Below, in pieces: positions 13,813 through 29,200 of a stretch of DNA of 64,000 nucleotides. How positions within the stretch are numbered: position 1 is the stretch's first letter; each line of letters begins with the position of its first letter. The notes under the pieces were generated by a model that searched no databases, was not told the DNA's origin, and saw nothing but the letters and a program-made list of their open reading frames with translations. Location: the NCBI RefSeq assembly GCF_009914755.1, contig NC_060933.1; one strand, 5' to 3'. The position numbers and the translations under genes are program-made. Source of the DNA: the human T2T-CHM13v2.0 reference genome, Homo sapiens.

Positions 13813-13827
13813 ATTCCGGAAGATTCC
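13813..13827 (-). promoter_or_regulatory. Canonical heat-shock element, representative right-arm copy (nearest the junction)
   Basis: aTTCc-gGAAg-aTTCc. It recurs at e.g. 15639, 16024, 18639, 20169, 21017, 22330, 26411, 53490, 53555 and 60711. Confidence 0.6.
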
Positions 13828-15499
13828 ATTCCATTACATTCCATTACATTCCATTCCCCTGCACTCGCGTTGATTCCATTCCATTCCATTCCATTCCATT
13901 CCATTCCATTCCATTCCATTACTTTCCGTTCCATTCCATTCCATTCCATTCCATTCCATTCCGTTCCGTTCCGTTCCATTCCATTCCATTCCATTCTATT
14001 CGGGTTAATTCCATTCCATTCCATTCGATTGCAATCGAGTTGATTCCATTCCATTCCATTCCATTCCATTCCATTCCATTCCATTCCTTTCCTTTCCATT
14101 ACGGATGATTCTATTCCATTGCATTCCATTCCATTCCATTCCCCTGTACTCGGGTTGATTCCATTCCATTCCATTCCAATCCATGCCATTCCACTCGTGT
14201 TGATTCCATTCTTTCCATTCCATTCAAGTTGAATCCATTCCATTGCATTCCATTCCATTCGATTCCATTCGATTGCACTCGGGTTGATTCCATTCCATTG
14301 CATTCCATTCCATCCCATTTCTTTCCATTGCATTCCTTTCCATTCCATTCCATTCCATTCCATGCGATTGCAATCGAGTTGATTCCATTCCATTCCTTTC
14401 CATTCCATTCCATTGCCTTGCATTCCACTCGGGTTGATTCCATTCCCTTCTTTACACTCCATTACATTCCCTTCCATTCCACTCGGAATGATTGATTCCA
14501 TTCCATTCCATTCCATTTCATTCCATTGCAATCCATTCCAATCCATTCGTTATATTCCATTCCACTCGAGTTGATTTCATTCCATTCCTTTCCATTCCAT
14601 TCCATTCCTTTCCACTCGAGTTGATTCCATTCCATTCCATTCCTTTGCATTCCATTCCATGCCATTCCACTCGGGTTGATTCCATTCCATTCCATTCCAT
14701 TCCATTCCATTCCATTCCATTCCATTCCATTGCATTCCATTCCATTCCATTCCCCTGCAGTCGGGTTGATTTCATTCCATTCCATTCCATTCCATTCCAT
14801 TCCATTCCATTCCGTTCCGTTCCGTTCCATTCCATTCCATTCCATTCCATTCTATTCGGGTTAATTCCATTCCATTCCAATCCTTTCCATTCCATTCCAT
14901 TCCAATCGAGTTGATTCCATTCCATTTCATTCCATTCCATTCCACTCCATTCCAGTCCTTTCCATTCCATTCCACTCGGGTTGATTCCAATGTATTCCTT
15001 TCCATTCCATTCCATTCCATTGCAATCGAGTTGATTCCATTGCTTTGCATTCCATTCCGGATGATTCCATTCCATTGCATTCCATTCCATTCCATTCCCC
15101 TGCACTCGGGTTGATTCCATTCCATTCCACTCCATTCCGTTCCATTCCATTCCATTCCATTGTATTCGGGTTAATTCCATTCCATTCCATTCCATTCCAT
15201 TCCATTCCATCACAATCGAGTTGGTTCCATTCCATTCCATTCCATTCCATTCCATTCCATTCCATTCCATTCCGGATGATTCCATTCCATTACATTCCGT
15301 TCCATTATATTCCCCTGCACTCGGGTTGATTCCATTCCATTCCATTCCTTTCCATTCGATTCCATTCCATTCCAATTCTTTCCATTCCGTTCTATTCCGT
15401 ACCTTTCCATTCCATTCCATACCATACCATTCCATTCCATTCCATTCCATTCCGTTCCGTTCCGTTCCGTTCCATTCCATTCCATTCCATTGTATTCGG

Positions 15500-18400
15500 G
15501 TTAATTCCATTCCATTCCATTCCATTCCATTCCATTCTATTCCATTCCATTGCAATCGAGTTGAATCCATTGCGTTCAATTCCATTCCATTCCATTCCAT
15601 TGCAATCGAGTTGAATCCATTGCATTCCATTCCATTCCATTCCGGAAGATTCCATACCATTGCATTCCATTCCATTCCATTCCCCTGCACTCGCGTTGAT
15701 TCCATTCCATTCCATTCCATTCCGTTCCGTTCCGTTCCGTTCCATTCCATTCCATTCCGTTCCGTTCCGTTCCGTTCTGTTCCATTCCATTCCATTCTAT
15801 TCGGGTTAATTCCATTCCATTCCATTCGATTGCAATCGAGTTGATTCCATTCCATTCCATTCCATTCCATTCCATTCCATTCCATTCCTTTCCATACCAT
15901 TACAGATGATTCCATTCCACTGCATTACATTCCATTCCATTCCCCTGTACTCGGGTTGATTCCATTCCATTCCATTCCATTCCATTCCATTCCATTCCAT
16001 TCTATTCCATTCCATTCCATTCCATTCCGGAAGATTCCATTCCATTGCATTCCATTCCATTCCATTCCCCTGCACACGCGTTGATTCCATTCCATTCCAT
16101 TCCATTCCATGCCATTCCATTCCGATCCGTTCCATTCCATTCCATTCCATTCCATTCCGTTCCGTTCCATTCCATTCCATTCCATTCCATTCTATTCGGG
16201 TTAATTCCATTCCATTCCATTCGATTGCAATCGAGTTGATTCCATTCCATTCCATTCCAATCCATGCCGTTCTACTCGTTATGATTCCATTCTTTCCATT
16301 CCATTCAAGTTGAATCCATTCCATTGCATTCCATTCCATTCGATTCCATTCGATTGCACTCGGGTTGATTCCATGGCATTGCATTCCATTCCATTCCATT
16401 CCATTCCATTCCTTTCCATTCCATTCCATTCCATTCCATTCCATTCGGATTCATTCTATTCAATTCCCTTACACTCCATTACATTCCATTCCATTCGTGT
16501 AGATTCCATTCCATTCCATTCCATTCCTCTCCATTCCATTGCACTCGGGTTATTCCATTCCATTCAATTCCATTCCATTCCATTCCATTCCATTCCATTC
16601 CGGATGATTCCATTCCATTGAATTCCATTGCATTCCATTCCCCTGCACTTGGGTTGATTCCATTCCATTCCATTCCATTCCTTTCTTTTGCATTCCATTC
16701 CATTCCATTCCATTCCATTCTTTCGTGTTAATTCCATTCCATTCTATTCCATTCCATTCCATTGAAATCGAGTTGATTCCATTCCATTCCATTCCATTCC
16801 ATTCCGGATGATTCCATTCCATTGCATTCCATTCCATTCCATTCCCCTGCACTCGGGTTGATTCCATTCCATTCCATTCCATTACATTGCATTCCATTCC
16901 GTTCCATTTCATTCTATTCGTGTTAATTCCATTCCATTCCATTCCACTCCATTCCAGTGCTTTCCATTCCATTCCACTCGGGTTGATTCCATTCTATTCC
17001 TTTCAATTCCATTCCATTCCATTGCAATCGAGTTGATTCCATTCGAGTTGAATCCATTCTATTCCATTCCATTCCATTCCATTGCACACGGGTTCATTCC
17101 TTTCCATTCCATTCCATTCCATTCCATTCCATTCCATTCTATATCATTCCATTCCATTCTATTCCTTACCATTCCATTCCATCCAATTCCATTCCGTTCC
17201 ATTCCATGCCATTACACTCGGGTTGATTCCATTCCTTTCCATTCCATTCTTGTTGAATCCATTCCATTGCATTCCATTCCATTCCATTTCATTCCATTCC
17301 ATTCCATTACATTCGGATTGACTCTATTCAATTCCCTTACACTCCATTACATTCCATTACATTCGGGATGTTTCCATTCCATTCCATTCCATTCCACTCC
17401 ATTCCATTGCATCAGGTTGATTGCATTCCATTCCATTCCATTCCATTCCGGATGATTCCATTCCATTGCATTCCATTCCATTACATTCCCCTGCACTCGG
17501 GTTGATTCCATTCCATTCCATTCCATTCCATTCCATTCCATTCCATTCCATTCCGTTCCATTCCATTCCATTCCATTCTATTCCGGTTAATTCCATTCCA
17601 TTCCATTTTATTCCATTCCATTCCATTCCATTCCATTGCAATCGAGTTGATTCCATTCCATTCCATTCCATTCCGTTCCGGATGATTCCATTCCATTCCA
17701 TTCCATTTCATTCCATTCCCCTGCACTCGGGTTGATTCCATTCCATTGCATTCCATTCCATTCCGTTCCATTCCATTCCATTCCATTCTATTCGGTTTAA
17801 TTCCATTCCATTCCATTCCATTCCATTCCATTCCATTCCAATCGAGTTGATTCCTTTCCATTCCATTCCATTCCATTCCATTCCACTCCATTCCAGTCCT
17901 TTCCATTGCATTACGCTCGGGTTGATTCCATTCTATTCCCTTCCATTCCATTCCATTCCATTGCAATCGAGTTGATTCCATTGCTTTGCATTCCATTCCA
18001 TTCCATTCCATTCCGGATGATTCCATTCCATTGCATTCCTTTCCATTCCATTCCCCTGCACTCGGGTTGATTCCATTCCATTCAACTCCATTCCGTTCCA
18101 TCCCGTTCCATTCCATTGTATTCGGGTTAATTCCATTCCATTCCATTCCATTCCATTCCATTCCATTCCATTCCATTCCATTACAATCGAGTTGATTCCA
18201 TGCCATTCCATTCCATTCCATTCCATTCCAGTCCTTTCCATTCCATTCCACTCGGGTTGATTCCATTCTATTAGTTTCCATTCCATTCCATTCCCTTCCA
18301 TTCCACTCTGGTTGACTCCATTCCTTTCCATTCCACTCGAATACATTCCCTCCTATTCCACTCGGAACGATTCCATTCCATTCCATTCCATTCCATTCCA

Positions 18401-21400
18401 TTCCATTCCATTCCATTCCAGTTCGTTCCATTCCGTTCTATTCCGTACCATTCCATTCCATTCCATACCTTTCCATTCCATTCCTTTCCACTCGTGTTGA
18501 TTCCATTCTTTCCATTCCATTCGGTTTGAAGGCATTCCATTCCATTCAATTCCATTAAATTCCATTCCATTCCATTCCATTCTATTCCATTCCATTGCAA
18601 TCGAGTTGAATCCATTGCCTTTCATTCCATTCCATTCCATTCCGGAAGATTCCATTCCATTGCATTGCATTCCATTCCATTCCCCTGCACTCGCGTTGAT
18701 TCCATTCCATTCCATTCCATTCCATTCCGTTCCGTTCCATTCCATTGCATTCCATTCCATTCCGTTCTGTTCCATTCCATTCCATTCTATTCGGGTTAAT
18801 TCCATTCCATTCCATTCGATTGCCATCGAGTTGATTCCATTCCATTCCATTCCATTCCTTTCCATTCCTTTCCATTCCAGTACGGATGACTCCATTCCAT
18901 TGCATTCCATTCCATTCCATTCCCCTGTACTCGGGTTGATTCCATTCCATTCCATTCCACTCCATTCGTTTCCGTTGCATTGCATTCTATTGCATTCCAT
19001 TCTATTCGGGTTAATTCCATTCCATTCTATTCCATTCCATTCCATTCCATTCCATTGCAATGGAGTTTATTCCATTCCATTCCATTCCATTCCAGATGAT
19101 TCCATTCCATTGCATTCCATTCCATTCCATTCCCCTGCACTCCTGATGATTCCATTCCCTTCCATTCCATTCCATTCCGTTCCATTCCATTCCATTCCAT
19201 TCTATTCCGGTTAATTCCATTCCATTCCATTCCATTCCATTGCAATCGAGTTGATTCCATTCCATTCCTTTCCATTCCATTCCATTGCCTTGCATTCCAC
19301 TCGGGTTGATTCCATTCCCTTCTTTCCACTCCATTACATTCCCTTCCATGATTGATTCCATTCCATTCCATTCCATTTCATTCCATTGCAATCCATTCCA
19401 ATCCATTCCATTCCATTCCATTCCACTCGAGTTGACTTCATTCCATTCCTTTCCATTCCATTCCATTCCTTTCCACTCGTGTTGATTCCATTCCTTTCCA
19501 ATCCATTGCATTCCATTCCATGCCATTCCACTCGGGTTGATTCCATTCCTTTGCATTCCATTCCATTCCATTCCATTCCATTCCATTCCATTCCGTTGCA
19601 TTCCATTCCATTACATTCGGATTGATTCTATTCAACTCCCTTACTCTCCATTACATTCCATTCCATTCGGGTTGTTCCATTCCATTCCATTCCATTCCAC
19701 TCCATTCCATTGCACTCGGGTTGATTCCATTCCATTCCATTCTATTCCATTCCATTCCATTCCGGATGATTCCATTCCATTGCATTCCGTTCCATTACAT
19801 TCCCCTGCACTCGCGTTGATTCCATTCCATTGCATTCCATTCCATTCAATTCCATTCCATTACATTCCCCTGCACTCGCGTTGATTCCATTCCATTCCAT
19901 TCCATTCCATTCCATTCAATTCCATTCCATTACAATTCGTTCCATTCCATTCTATTCCGTACCATTCCATTCCATTCCATACCATTCCATTCCATTCCAT
20001 TCCATTCCATTCCGTTGCATTCCGTTCCATTCCATTCCATTGCATTCTATTCGGGTTAATCCCATTCCATTCCATTCCATTCCATTCTATTCCATTCCAT
20101 TGCAATCGTGTTGAATCCATCGCATTTCATTCCATTCCATTCCATTCCATTCCATTCCATTCCATTCCATTCCGGAAGATTCCATTCCATTGCATTCCAT
20201 TCCATGCCATTCCCCTGCACTCGCGTTGATTCCATTCCATTCCATTCCATTCCATTCCATTCCATTCCGTTCCGTTCCGTTCCATTCCATTCCATTCCAT
20301 TCCATTCCATTCCGTTCCATTCCATTCCATTCCATTCCATTCTATTCGGGTTAATTCCATTCCATTCCATTCGATTGCAATCGTGTTGATTCCATTCCAT
20401 TCCAATCCATTCCATTCCATTCCATTCCATTTCTTTCCTTTCCATTCCATTACGGATGATTCCATTCCATAGCATTCCATTCCATTCCATTCCCCTGTAC
20501 TCGAGTTGATTCCATTCCATTGCATTCCAATCCATGCCCTTCCACTCGTGTTGATTCCATTCTTTCCATTCCATTCAAGTTGAATCCATTCCATTGCATT
20601 CCATTCCATTCGATTCCATTCGATTGCACTCGGGTTGATTCCATTCCATTGCATTCCATTCCATTCCATTCCATTCCATTCCATTCCGTTCCATTCCATT
20701 CCATTACATTCGGATTGATTCTATTCAATTCCCTTACACTCCATTACATTCCATTCCATTCGGGTAGTTTCCATTCCATTCCATTCCATTCCTCTCCATT
20801 CCATTGCACTCGGGTTGATTCCATTCCATTGCATTCCATTCCATTCCATTCAATTCCATTCCTTTCCTTTCCATTCCATTACATTCGGATTGACTCTATT
20901 CAACTCCCTTACTCTCCATTACATTCCATTCCATTCGGGTTGTTCCATTCCATTCCATTCCATTCCACTCCATTCCATTGCACTCGGGTTTATTCCATTC
21001 CATTCCATTCCATTCCATTCCGGAAGATTCCATTCCATTGCATTCCATTCCATTCCATTCCCCTGCACTCGCGTTGATTCCTTTCCATTCCATTCCATTC
21101 CATTCCATTCCATTCCATTCCATTCCTTTCCGTTCCATTCCATTCCATTCCATTCCATTCCATTGCATTCCGTTCCGTTCCATTCCGTTCCGTTCCGTTC
21201 CATTCCATTCCATTCTATTCGGGTTAATTCCATTCAATTCCATTCGATTGCAATCGAGTTGATTCCATTCCATTCCATTCCATTCCATTCCATTCCTTTC
21301 CATTCCATTACGGATGATTCCATTCCATTGCATTCCATTCCATTCCATTCCCCTGTACTCCGGTTGATTCCATTCCATTCCATTCCAATCCATGCCATTC

Positions 21401-24400
21401 CACTCGTGTTGATTCCATTCTTTCCTTTCCATTCAAGTTGAATCCATTCCATTGCATTCCATTCCATTCCATTCCCCTGCAGTCGGGTTGATTCCATACC
21501 ATTCCATTCCATTCCATTCCATTCCATTCCATTCCGTTCCATTCCATTCCATTCCATTCTATTCGGGTTAATTCCATTCCATTCCATTCCATTCCATTCT
21601 ATTCCAATCGAGTTGATTCCATTCCATTCCATTCCATTCCATTCCACTCCGTTCCAGTCCTTTCCATTCCATTCCACTCGGGTTGATTCCAATGTATTCC
21701 TTTCCATTCCACTCCATTCCATTGAACTCGTGTTGATTCCATTCCATTCCATTCCATTCCATTCCATTCCATTCCGGATGATTCCATTCCATTGCATTCC
21801 ATTCCATTCCATTCCCCTGCACTCCGGTTGATTCCATTCCATTCCACTCCATTCCGTTGCATTCCATTCCATTACATTCGGATTGATTCTATTCAACTCC
21901 CTTACTCTCCATTACATTCCATTCCATTCCTGTTGTTCCATTCCATTCCATTCCATTCCACTCCATTCCATTGCACTCGGGTTGATTCCATTCCATTCCA
22001 TTCCATTCCATTCCATTCCATTGCATTCCGTTCCATTACATTCCCCTGCACTCGCGTTGATTCAATTCCATTCCATTCAATTCCATTCCATTACAATTCG
22101 TTCCATTCCATTCTATTCCGTACCATTCCATTCCATTCCATACCATTCCATTCCATTCCATTCCATTCCATTCCATTCCGTTCCATTCTGTTCCATTGCA
22201 TTCCATTCCATTCTATTCTGGTTAATTCCATTCCATTCCATTCCATTCCATTCTATTCCATTCCATTGCAATCGAGTTGAATCCATTGAATTTCATTCCA
22301 ATCCATTCCATTCCATTCCATTCCATTCCATTCCGGAAGATTCCATTCCATTGCATTCCATTCCATTCCATTCCCCTGCACTCGCGTTGATTCCATTCCA
22401 TTCCATTCCTTTCCGTTCCGTTCCGTTCCGTTCTATTCCATTCCATTCCGTTCCGTTCCGTTCCATTCCGTTCCATTCCATTCCATTCTATTCGGGTTAA
22501 TTCCATTCCATTCCATTCGATTGCAAACGAGTTGATTCCATTCCATTCCATTCCATTCCATTCCATTCCATTCCATTCCATTCCTTTCCATTCCATTACG
22601 GATGATTCCATTTCACTGCATTCCATTCCATTCCATTCCCCTGTACTCGGGTTGATTCAATTCCATTCCATTCCATTCCATTCTATTCCATTCCATTCCA
22701 TTCCATTCCGGAAGATTCCATTCCATTGCATTCCATTCCATTCCATTCCCCTGCACTCACGTTGATTACTTTCCATTCCATTCCATTCCATTCCATTCCA
22801 TTCCATTCCATTCCGATCCGTTCCATTCTATTCCATTCCATTCCATTCCGTTCCGTTCCATTCCATTCCATTCCATTCCATTCTATTCGGGTTAATTCCA
22901 TTCCATTCCATTCGATTGCAATCGAGTTGATTCCATTCCATTCCATTCCAATCCATGCCTTTCCACTCGTGTTGATTCCATTCTTTCCATTCCATTCAAG
23001 TTGAATCCATTCCATTGAATTCCATTCCATTCGATTCCATTCGATTGCACTCGGGTTGATTCCATGGCTTTGCATTCCATTCCATTCCATTCCATTCCAT
23101 TCCATTCCTTTCCATTACTTTCCATTCCATTCCATTCGGATTCATTCTATTCAATTCCCTTACACTCCATTACATTCCATTCCATTCGTGTAGTTTCCAT
23201 TCCATTCCATTCCATTCCTCTCCATTCCATTGCACTCGGGTTGATTCCATTCCATTCCATTCCATTCCATTCCATTCCATTCCATTCCGGATGATTCCAT
23301 TCCATTGAATTCCATTGCATTCCATTCCCCTGCACTTGGGTTGATTCCATTCCTTTCCATTACATTCCTTTCTTTTCCATTCCATTCCATTCCATTCCAT
23401 TCCATTCTTTCGTGTTAATTCCATTCCATTCTATTCCATTCCATTCCATTGAAATCGAGTTGATTCCATTCCATTCCATTCCATTCCATTCCATTCCATT
23501 CCATTCCATTCCGGATGATTCCATTCCATTCCATTCCATTCCATTGCATTCCATTGTACTCGGGTTGATTCCATTCCATTGCATTCCATTCCATTCCATT
23601 CCATTCCATTCCGTTGCATTCCATTCCATTACATTCGTATTGATTCTATTCAACTCCCTTACTCTCCATTACATTCCATTCCATTCGGGTTGTTCCATTC
23701 CATTCCATTCCATTCCACTCCATTCCATTGCATTCGGGTTGATTCCATTCCATTCCATTCCATTCCATTCCATTCCATTCCATTCCATTCCGGATGATTC
23801 CATTCCATTGCATTCCGTTCCATTACATTCCCCTGCACTCGCGTTGATTCCATTCCATTCCATTCAATTCCATTCCATTACAATTCGTTCCATTCCATTC
23901 TATTCCGTACTATTCCATTCCATTCCATACCATTCCATTCCATTCCATTCCATTCCATTCCTTTCCATTCCGTTCCATTGCATTCTGTTCGGGTTAATTC
24001 CATTCCATTCCATTCCATTCCATTCTATTCCATTCCATTGCAATCGAGTTGAATCCATTGCATTTCATTCCGTTCCATTCCATTCCATTCCATTCCGGAA
24101 GATTCCATTCCATTGCATTCCATTCCATTCTATTCCCCTCCACTCGCGTTGATTCCATTCCATTCCATTCCATTCCATTCCATTCGGGATGATTCCATTC
24201 CATTGCATTCCATTCCATTCCATTCCCCTGCACTCGGGTTCATTCCATTCCATTCCATTCCATTACATTCCATTCCATTCCGTTCCATTTCATTCTATTC
24301 GGGTTAATTCCATTCCATTCCATTCCACTCCATTCCAGTCCTTTCCATTCCATTCCACTCGGGATGATTCCATTCTATTCCTTTCAATTCCATTCCATTC

Positions 24401-26000
24401 CATTGCAATCGAGTGGATTCCATTCGAGTTGAATCCATTCCATTCCATTCCATTGCATTGCACACGGGTACATTCCATTCCATTCCATTCCATTCCATTC
24501 CATTCCATTTCATTCCATTCCATTCTATTCCGTACCAATCCATTCCATCCCATTCCATTCCGTTCCATTCCATGCCATTACACTCGGGTTGATTCCATTC
24601 CTTTCCATTCCATTCTTGTTGAATCCATTCCATTCCATTCCATTCCATTCGAATCCATTCCATTGCACTCGGGTTGATTCCATTCCATTCCATTCCATTC
24701 CATTTCATTCCATTCCATTCCGTTACGTTTGGATTGATTCTACTCAATTCCCTTACACTCCATTTCATTCCATTCCATTCGGGATGTTTCCATTCCATTC
24801 CATTCCATTCCACTCCATTCCATTGCATCAGGTTGATTGCATTCCATTCCATTCCATTCCATTCCGGATGATTCCATTCCATTGCATTCCATTCCATTCC
24901 ATTCCCCTGCACTCGGGTTGATTCCATTCCACTCCATTCCATTCCATTCCATTCTATTCCATTCCGTTCCATTCCATTCCATTCTTTTCCGGTTAATTCC
25001 ATTCCATTCCATTCGATTCCATTCCATTCCATTCCATTCCATTGCAGTCGGGTTGATTCCATTCCATTCCATTCCATTCCATTCCTTTCCATTCCATTCC
25101 GTTCCATTCCATTCCATTCCATTCTATTCGGGTTAATTCCATTCCATTCCATTCCATTCCATTCCATTCCATTCCAATCGAGTTGATTCCATTCCATTCC
25201 ATTCCATTCCATTCCACTCCATTCCAGTCCTTTCCATTCCATTCCACTCGGGTTGATTCCATTCTATTCCTTTCCATTCCATTCCATTCCATTGCAATCG
25301 AGTTGATTCCATTGCTTTTCATTCCATTCCATTCCATTCCATTCCGGATGATTCCATTCCATTGCATTCCATTCCATTCCATTCCATTCCCCTGCACTCG
25401 GGTTGATTCCATTCCATTCCACTCCATTCCGTTCCATTCCATTCCATTCCATGGTATTCGGGTTAATTCCATTCCATTCCATTCCATTCCATTCCATTCC
25501 GTTCCATTCCATTACAATCGAGTTGATTCCATTCCATTCCATTCCATTTCATTCCATTCCAGTCCTTTCCATTCCATTCCACTCGGGTTGATTCCATTCT
25601 ATTAGTTTCCATTCCATTCCATTCCCTTCCATTCCACTCTGGTTGATTCCATTCCTTTCCATTCCACTCGAATACATTCCCTCCTATTCCACTCGGAACG
25701 ATTCCATTCCATTCCATTCCATTCCATTCCATTCCATTCCATTCCATTCCAGTTCGTTAGATTCCATTCTATTCCGTACCATTCCATTCCATTCCATTCC
25801 TTTCCATTCCATTCCTTTCCACTCGTGTTGATTCCATTCCTTTCCATTTCATTCGGTTTGAAGGCATTCCATTCCATTCCATTCCATTCCATTCCATTCC
25901 ATTCCATTCCATTCCATTCCATTCTATTCCATTCCATTGCAATCGAGTTTAATTCATTGCCTTTCATTCCATTCCATTCCATTCCATTCCATTCCGGAAG
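15500..26000 (-). repeat. Older diverged duplication (~15.5-18.7 kb versus ~22.2-26.0 kb)
   Basis: tccgatccg at 16121/22812 and ccatggc at 16371/23062 (offset 6691); tttcgtgtta at 16721/23408; tgcatcaggt at 17408/24824 (offset 7416). The change in offset implies ~700 bp of extra sequence in the second copy. Confidence 0.75.
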
Positions 26001-26249
26001 ATTCCATTCCATTACATTCCATTCCATTCCATTTCCCTGCACTCGCGTTGATTCCATTCCATTCCATTGCATTCCGTTCCATTACATTCCCCTGCACTCG
26101 TGTTGATTCCATTCCATTCTATTCCATTCCATTCAATTCCATTCCATTACAATTCGTTCCATTCCATTCTATTCCGTACCATTCCATTCCATTCCATACC
26201 ATTCCATTCCATTCCATTCCATTCCATTCCATTCAATTCCATTCCATTC

Positions 26250-29200
26250 CATTCCATTCCGTTCCATTCCGTTCCATTCCATTCCATTCCATTCCATTCC
26301 ATTCGGGTTAATTCCATTCCATTCCATTCCATCCCATTCTATTACATTCCATTGCAATCGAGTTGAATCCATTGCATTTCATTCCATTCCATTCCATACC
26401 ATTCCGTTCCATTCCGGAAGATTCCATTCCATTGCATTCCATTCCATTCCATTCCCCTGCACTCGCGTTGATTCCATTCCATTCCATTCCATTCCATTCC
26501 TTTCCATTCCATTCCGTTCCGTTCCATTCCATTCCATTCCATTCTATTCAGGTTAATTCCATTCCATTCCATTCGATTGCAATCGAGTTGATTCCATTCC
26601 ATTCCATTCCATTCCATTCCATTCCATTCCATTCCTTTCCATTCCATTACGGATGATTCCATTCCATTGCATTCCATTCCATTCCTTTCCCCTGTACTCG
26701 GGTTGATTCCATTCCATTGCATTCCAATCCATGCCCTTCCACTCGTGTTGTTTCCATTCTTTCCATTCCATTCAAGTTGAATCCATTCCATTGCATTCCA
26801 TTCCATTCGATTCCATTCGATTGCACTCGGGTTGATTCCATTCCATTGCATTCCATTCCATTCCATTCCATTCCATTCCATTCCATTCCATTCCGTTCCA
26901 TTCCATTCCATTTCATTCGGATTGATTCTATTCAATTCCCTTACACTCCATTACATTCCATTCCATTCGGGTAGTTTCCATTCCATTCCATTCCATTCCT
27001 CTCCATTCCATTGCACTCGGGTTGATTCCATTCCATTGCATTCCATTCCATTCCATTCAATTCCATTCCGTTCCATTCCATTCCATTACATTCGGATTGA
27101 TTCTATTCAACTCCCTTACTCTCCATTACATTCCATTCCGTTCGGGTTGTTCCATTCCATTCCATTCCATTCCACTCCATTCCATTGCACTCGGGTTTGT
27201 TCCATTCTATTCCATTCCATTCCATTCCATTCCATTCCATTCCATTCCATTCCATTCCGGAAGATTCCATTCCATTGCATTCCATTCCATTCCATTCCCC
27301 TGCACTCGCGTTGATTCCATTCCATTCCATTCCATTCCATTCCATTCCATTCCGTTCCATTCCTTTCCGTTCCATTCCATTCCATTCCATTCCATTCCAT
27401 TCCGTTCCATTCCATTCCATTCCATTACGGATGATTACATTCCATTGCATTCCATTCCATTCCATTCCCCTGCAGTCGGGTTGATTCCATTCCATTCCAT
27501 TGCATTCCATTCCATTCCATTCCGTTCCGTTCCGTTCCGTTCCATTCCATTCCATTCCATTCTATTCGGGTTAATTCCATTCCATTCCATTCCATTCCAA
27601 TCGAGTTCATTCCATTCCATTCCATTCCATTCCATTCCACTCCATTCCAGTCCTTTCCATTCCATTCCACTCGGGTTGATTCCAATGTATTCCTTTCCAT
27701 TCCATTCCATTCCATTGCAATCGAGTTGATTCCATTGCTTTGCATTCCATTCCATTCCATTCCATTCCGGATGATTCCATTCCATTGCATTCCATTCCAT
27801 TCCATTCCCCTGCCCTCGGGTTGATTCCACTCCATTCCACTGCATTCCGTTCCATTCCATTCCATTCCATTGTATTCGGGTTAATTGCATTCCATTCCAT
27901 TCAATTCCATTCCATTCCATTCCATTCCATTCAATTACAATCGAGTTGATTCCATTCCATTCCATTCCATTCCATTCCATTCCATTCCAGTCCTTTCCAT
28001 TCCATTCCACTCGGGTTGATTCCATTCTATTAGTTTCCATTCCATTCCATTCCCTTCCATTCCACTCTTGTTGATTCCATTCCTTTCCATTCCACTCGAA
28101 TACATTCCCTCCTATTCCACTCGGAACGATTCCATTCCATTCCATTCCATTCCATTCCATTCCATTCCAGTTCGTTCCATTCCGTTCTATTTCGTACCAT
28201 TCCATTCCATTCCATTCCTTTCCATTCCATTCCTTTCCACTCCTGTTGATTCCATTCCTTTCCATTCCATTGGGTTTGAAGGCATTCCATTCTATTCAAT
28301 TCCATTCCATTCCTCTCCATTCCATTCCAGTCTATTCCATTCCATTGCAATCGAGTTGAATCCATTGCCTTTCATTCCATTCCATTCCATTCCATTCCGG
28401 AATATTCCATTCCATTGCATTCCATTCCATTCCATTCCCCTTCACTCGCGTTGATTCCATTCCATTCCATTCCATTCCATTCCGTTCCGTTCCATTCCAT
28501 TCCATTCCATTCCATTCCATTCCGTTCCATTGCAATGGAGTTGATTCCATTCCATTCCATTCCATTCCGGATGATTCCATTCCATTGCATTCCATTCCAT
28601 TCCATTCCCCTGCACTCGTGTTGATTCCATTCCATTCCATTCCATTCCATTCCGTTCCATTCCATTCCATTCCATTCTATTCCGGTTAATTCCATTCCAT
28701 TCCATTCCATTCCATTGCAATCGAGTTGTTTCCATTCCATTCCTTTCCATTCCATTCCATTGCCTTGCATTCCACTCGGGTTGATTCCATTCCCTTCTTT
28801 CCACTCCATTACATTCCCTTCCATTCCACTCGGAATGATTGATTCCATTCCATTCCATTCCATTTCATTCCATTTCAATCCATTCCAATCCATTCCATTC
28901 CATTCCATTCCACTCGAGTTGACTTCATTCCATTCCTTTCCATTCCATTCCATTCCTTTCCACTCGAGTTGATTCCATTCCATTCCAATCCATTGTATTC
29001 CATTCCATGCCATTCCAGTCGGGTTGATTCCATTCCTTTGCATTCCATTCCATTCCATTCCATTGCATTCCATTCAATTCCATTCCGTTGCATTCCATTC
29101 CATTACATTCGGATTGATTCTATTCAACTCCCTTTCTCTCCATTCCATTCCATTCCATTCGGGTTGTTCCATTCCATTCCATTCCATTCCACTCCATTCC

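Noticed and set aside
12200-14700. Perfect fold-back palindrome or chimeric read artefact centred on the junction
   Set aside because: Beyond the 12-bp arms, the variant motifs on the two flanks are not mirror images, so this is not a simple fold-back of the same molecule. Read-level confirmation is still advisable.
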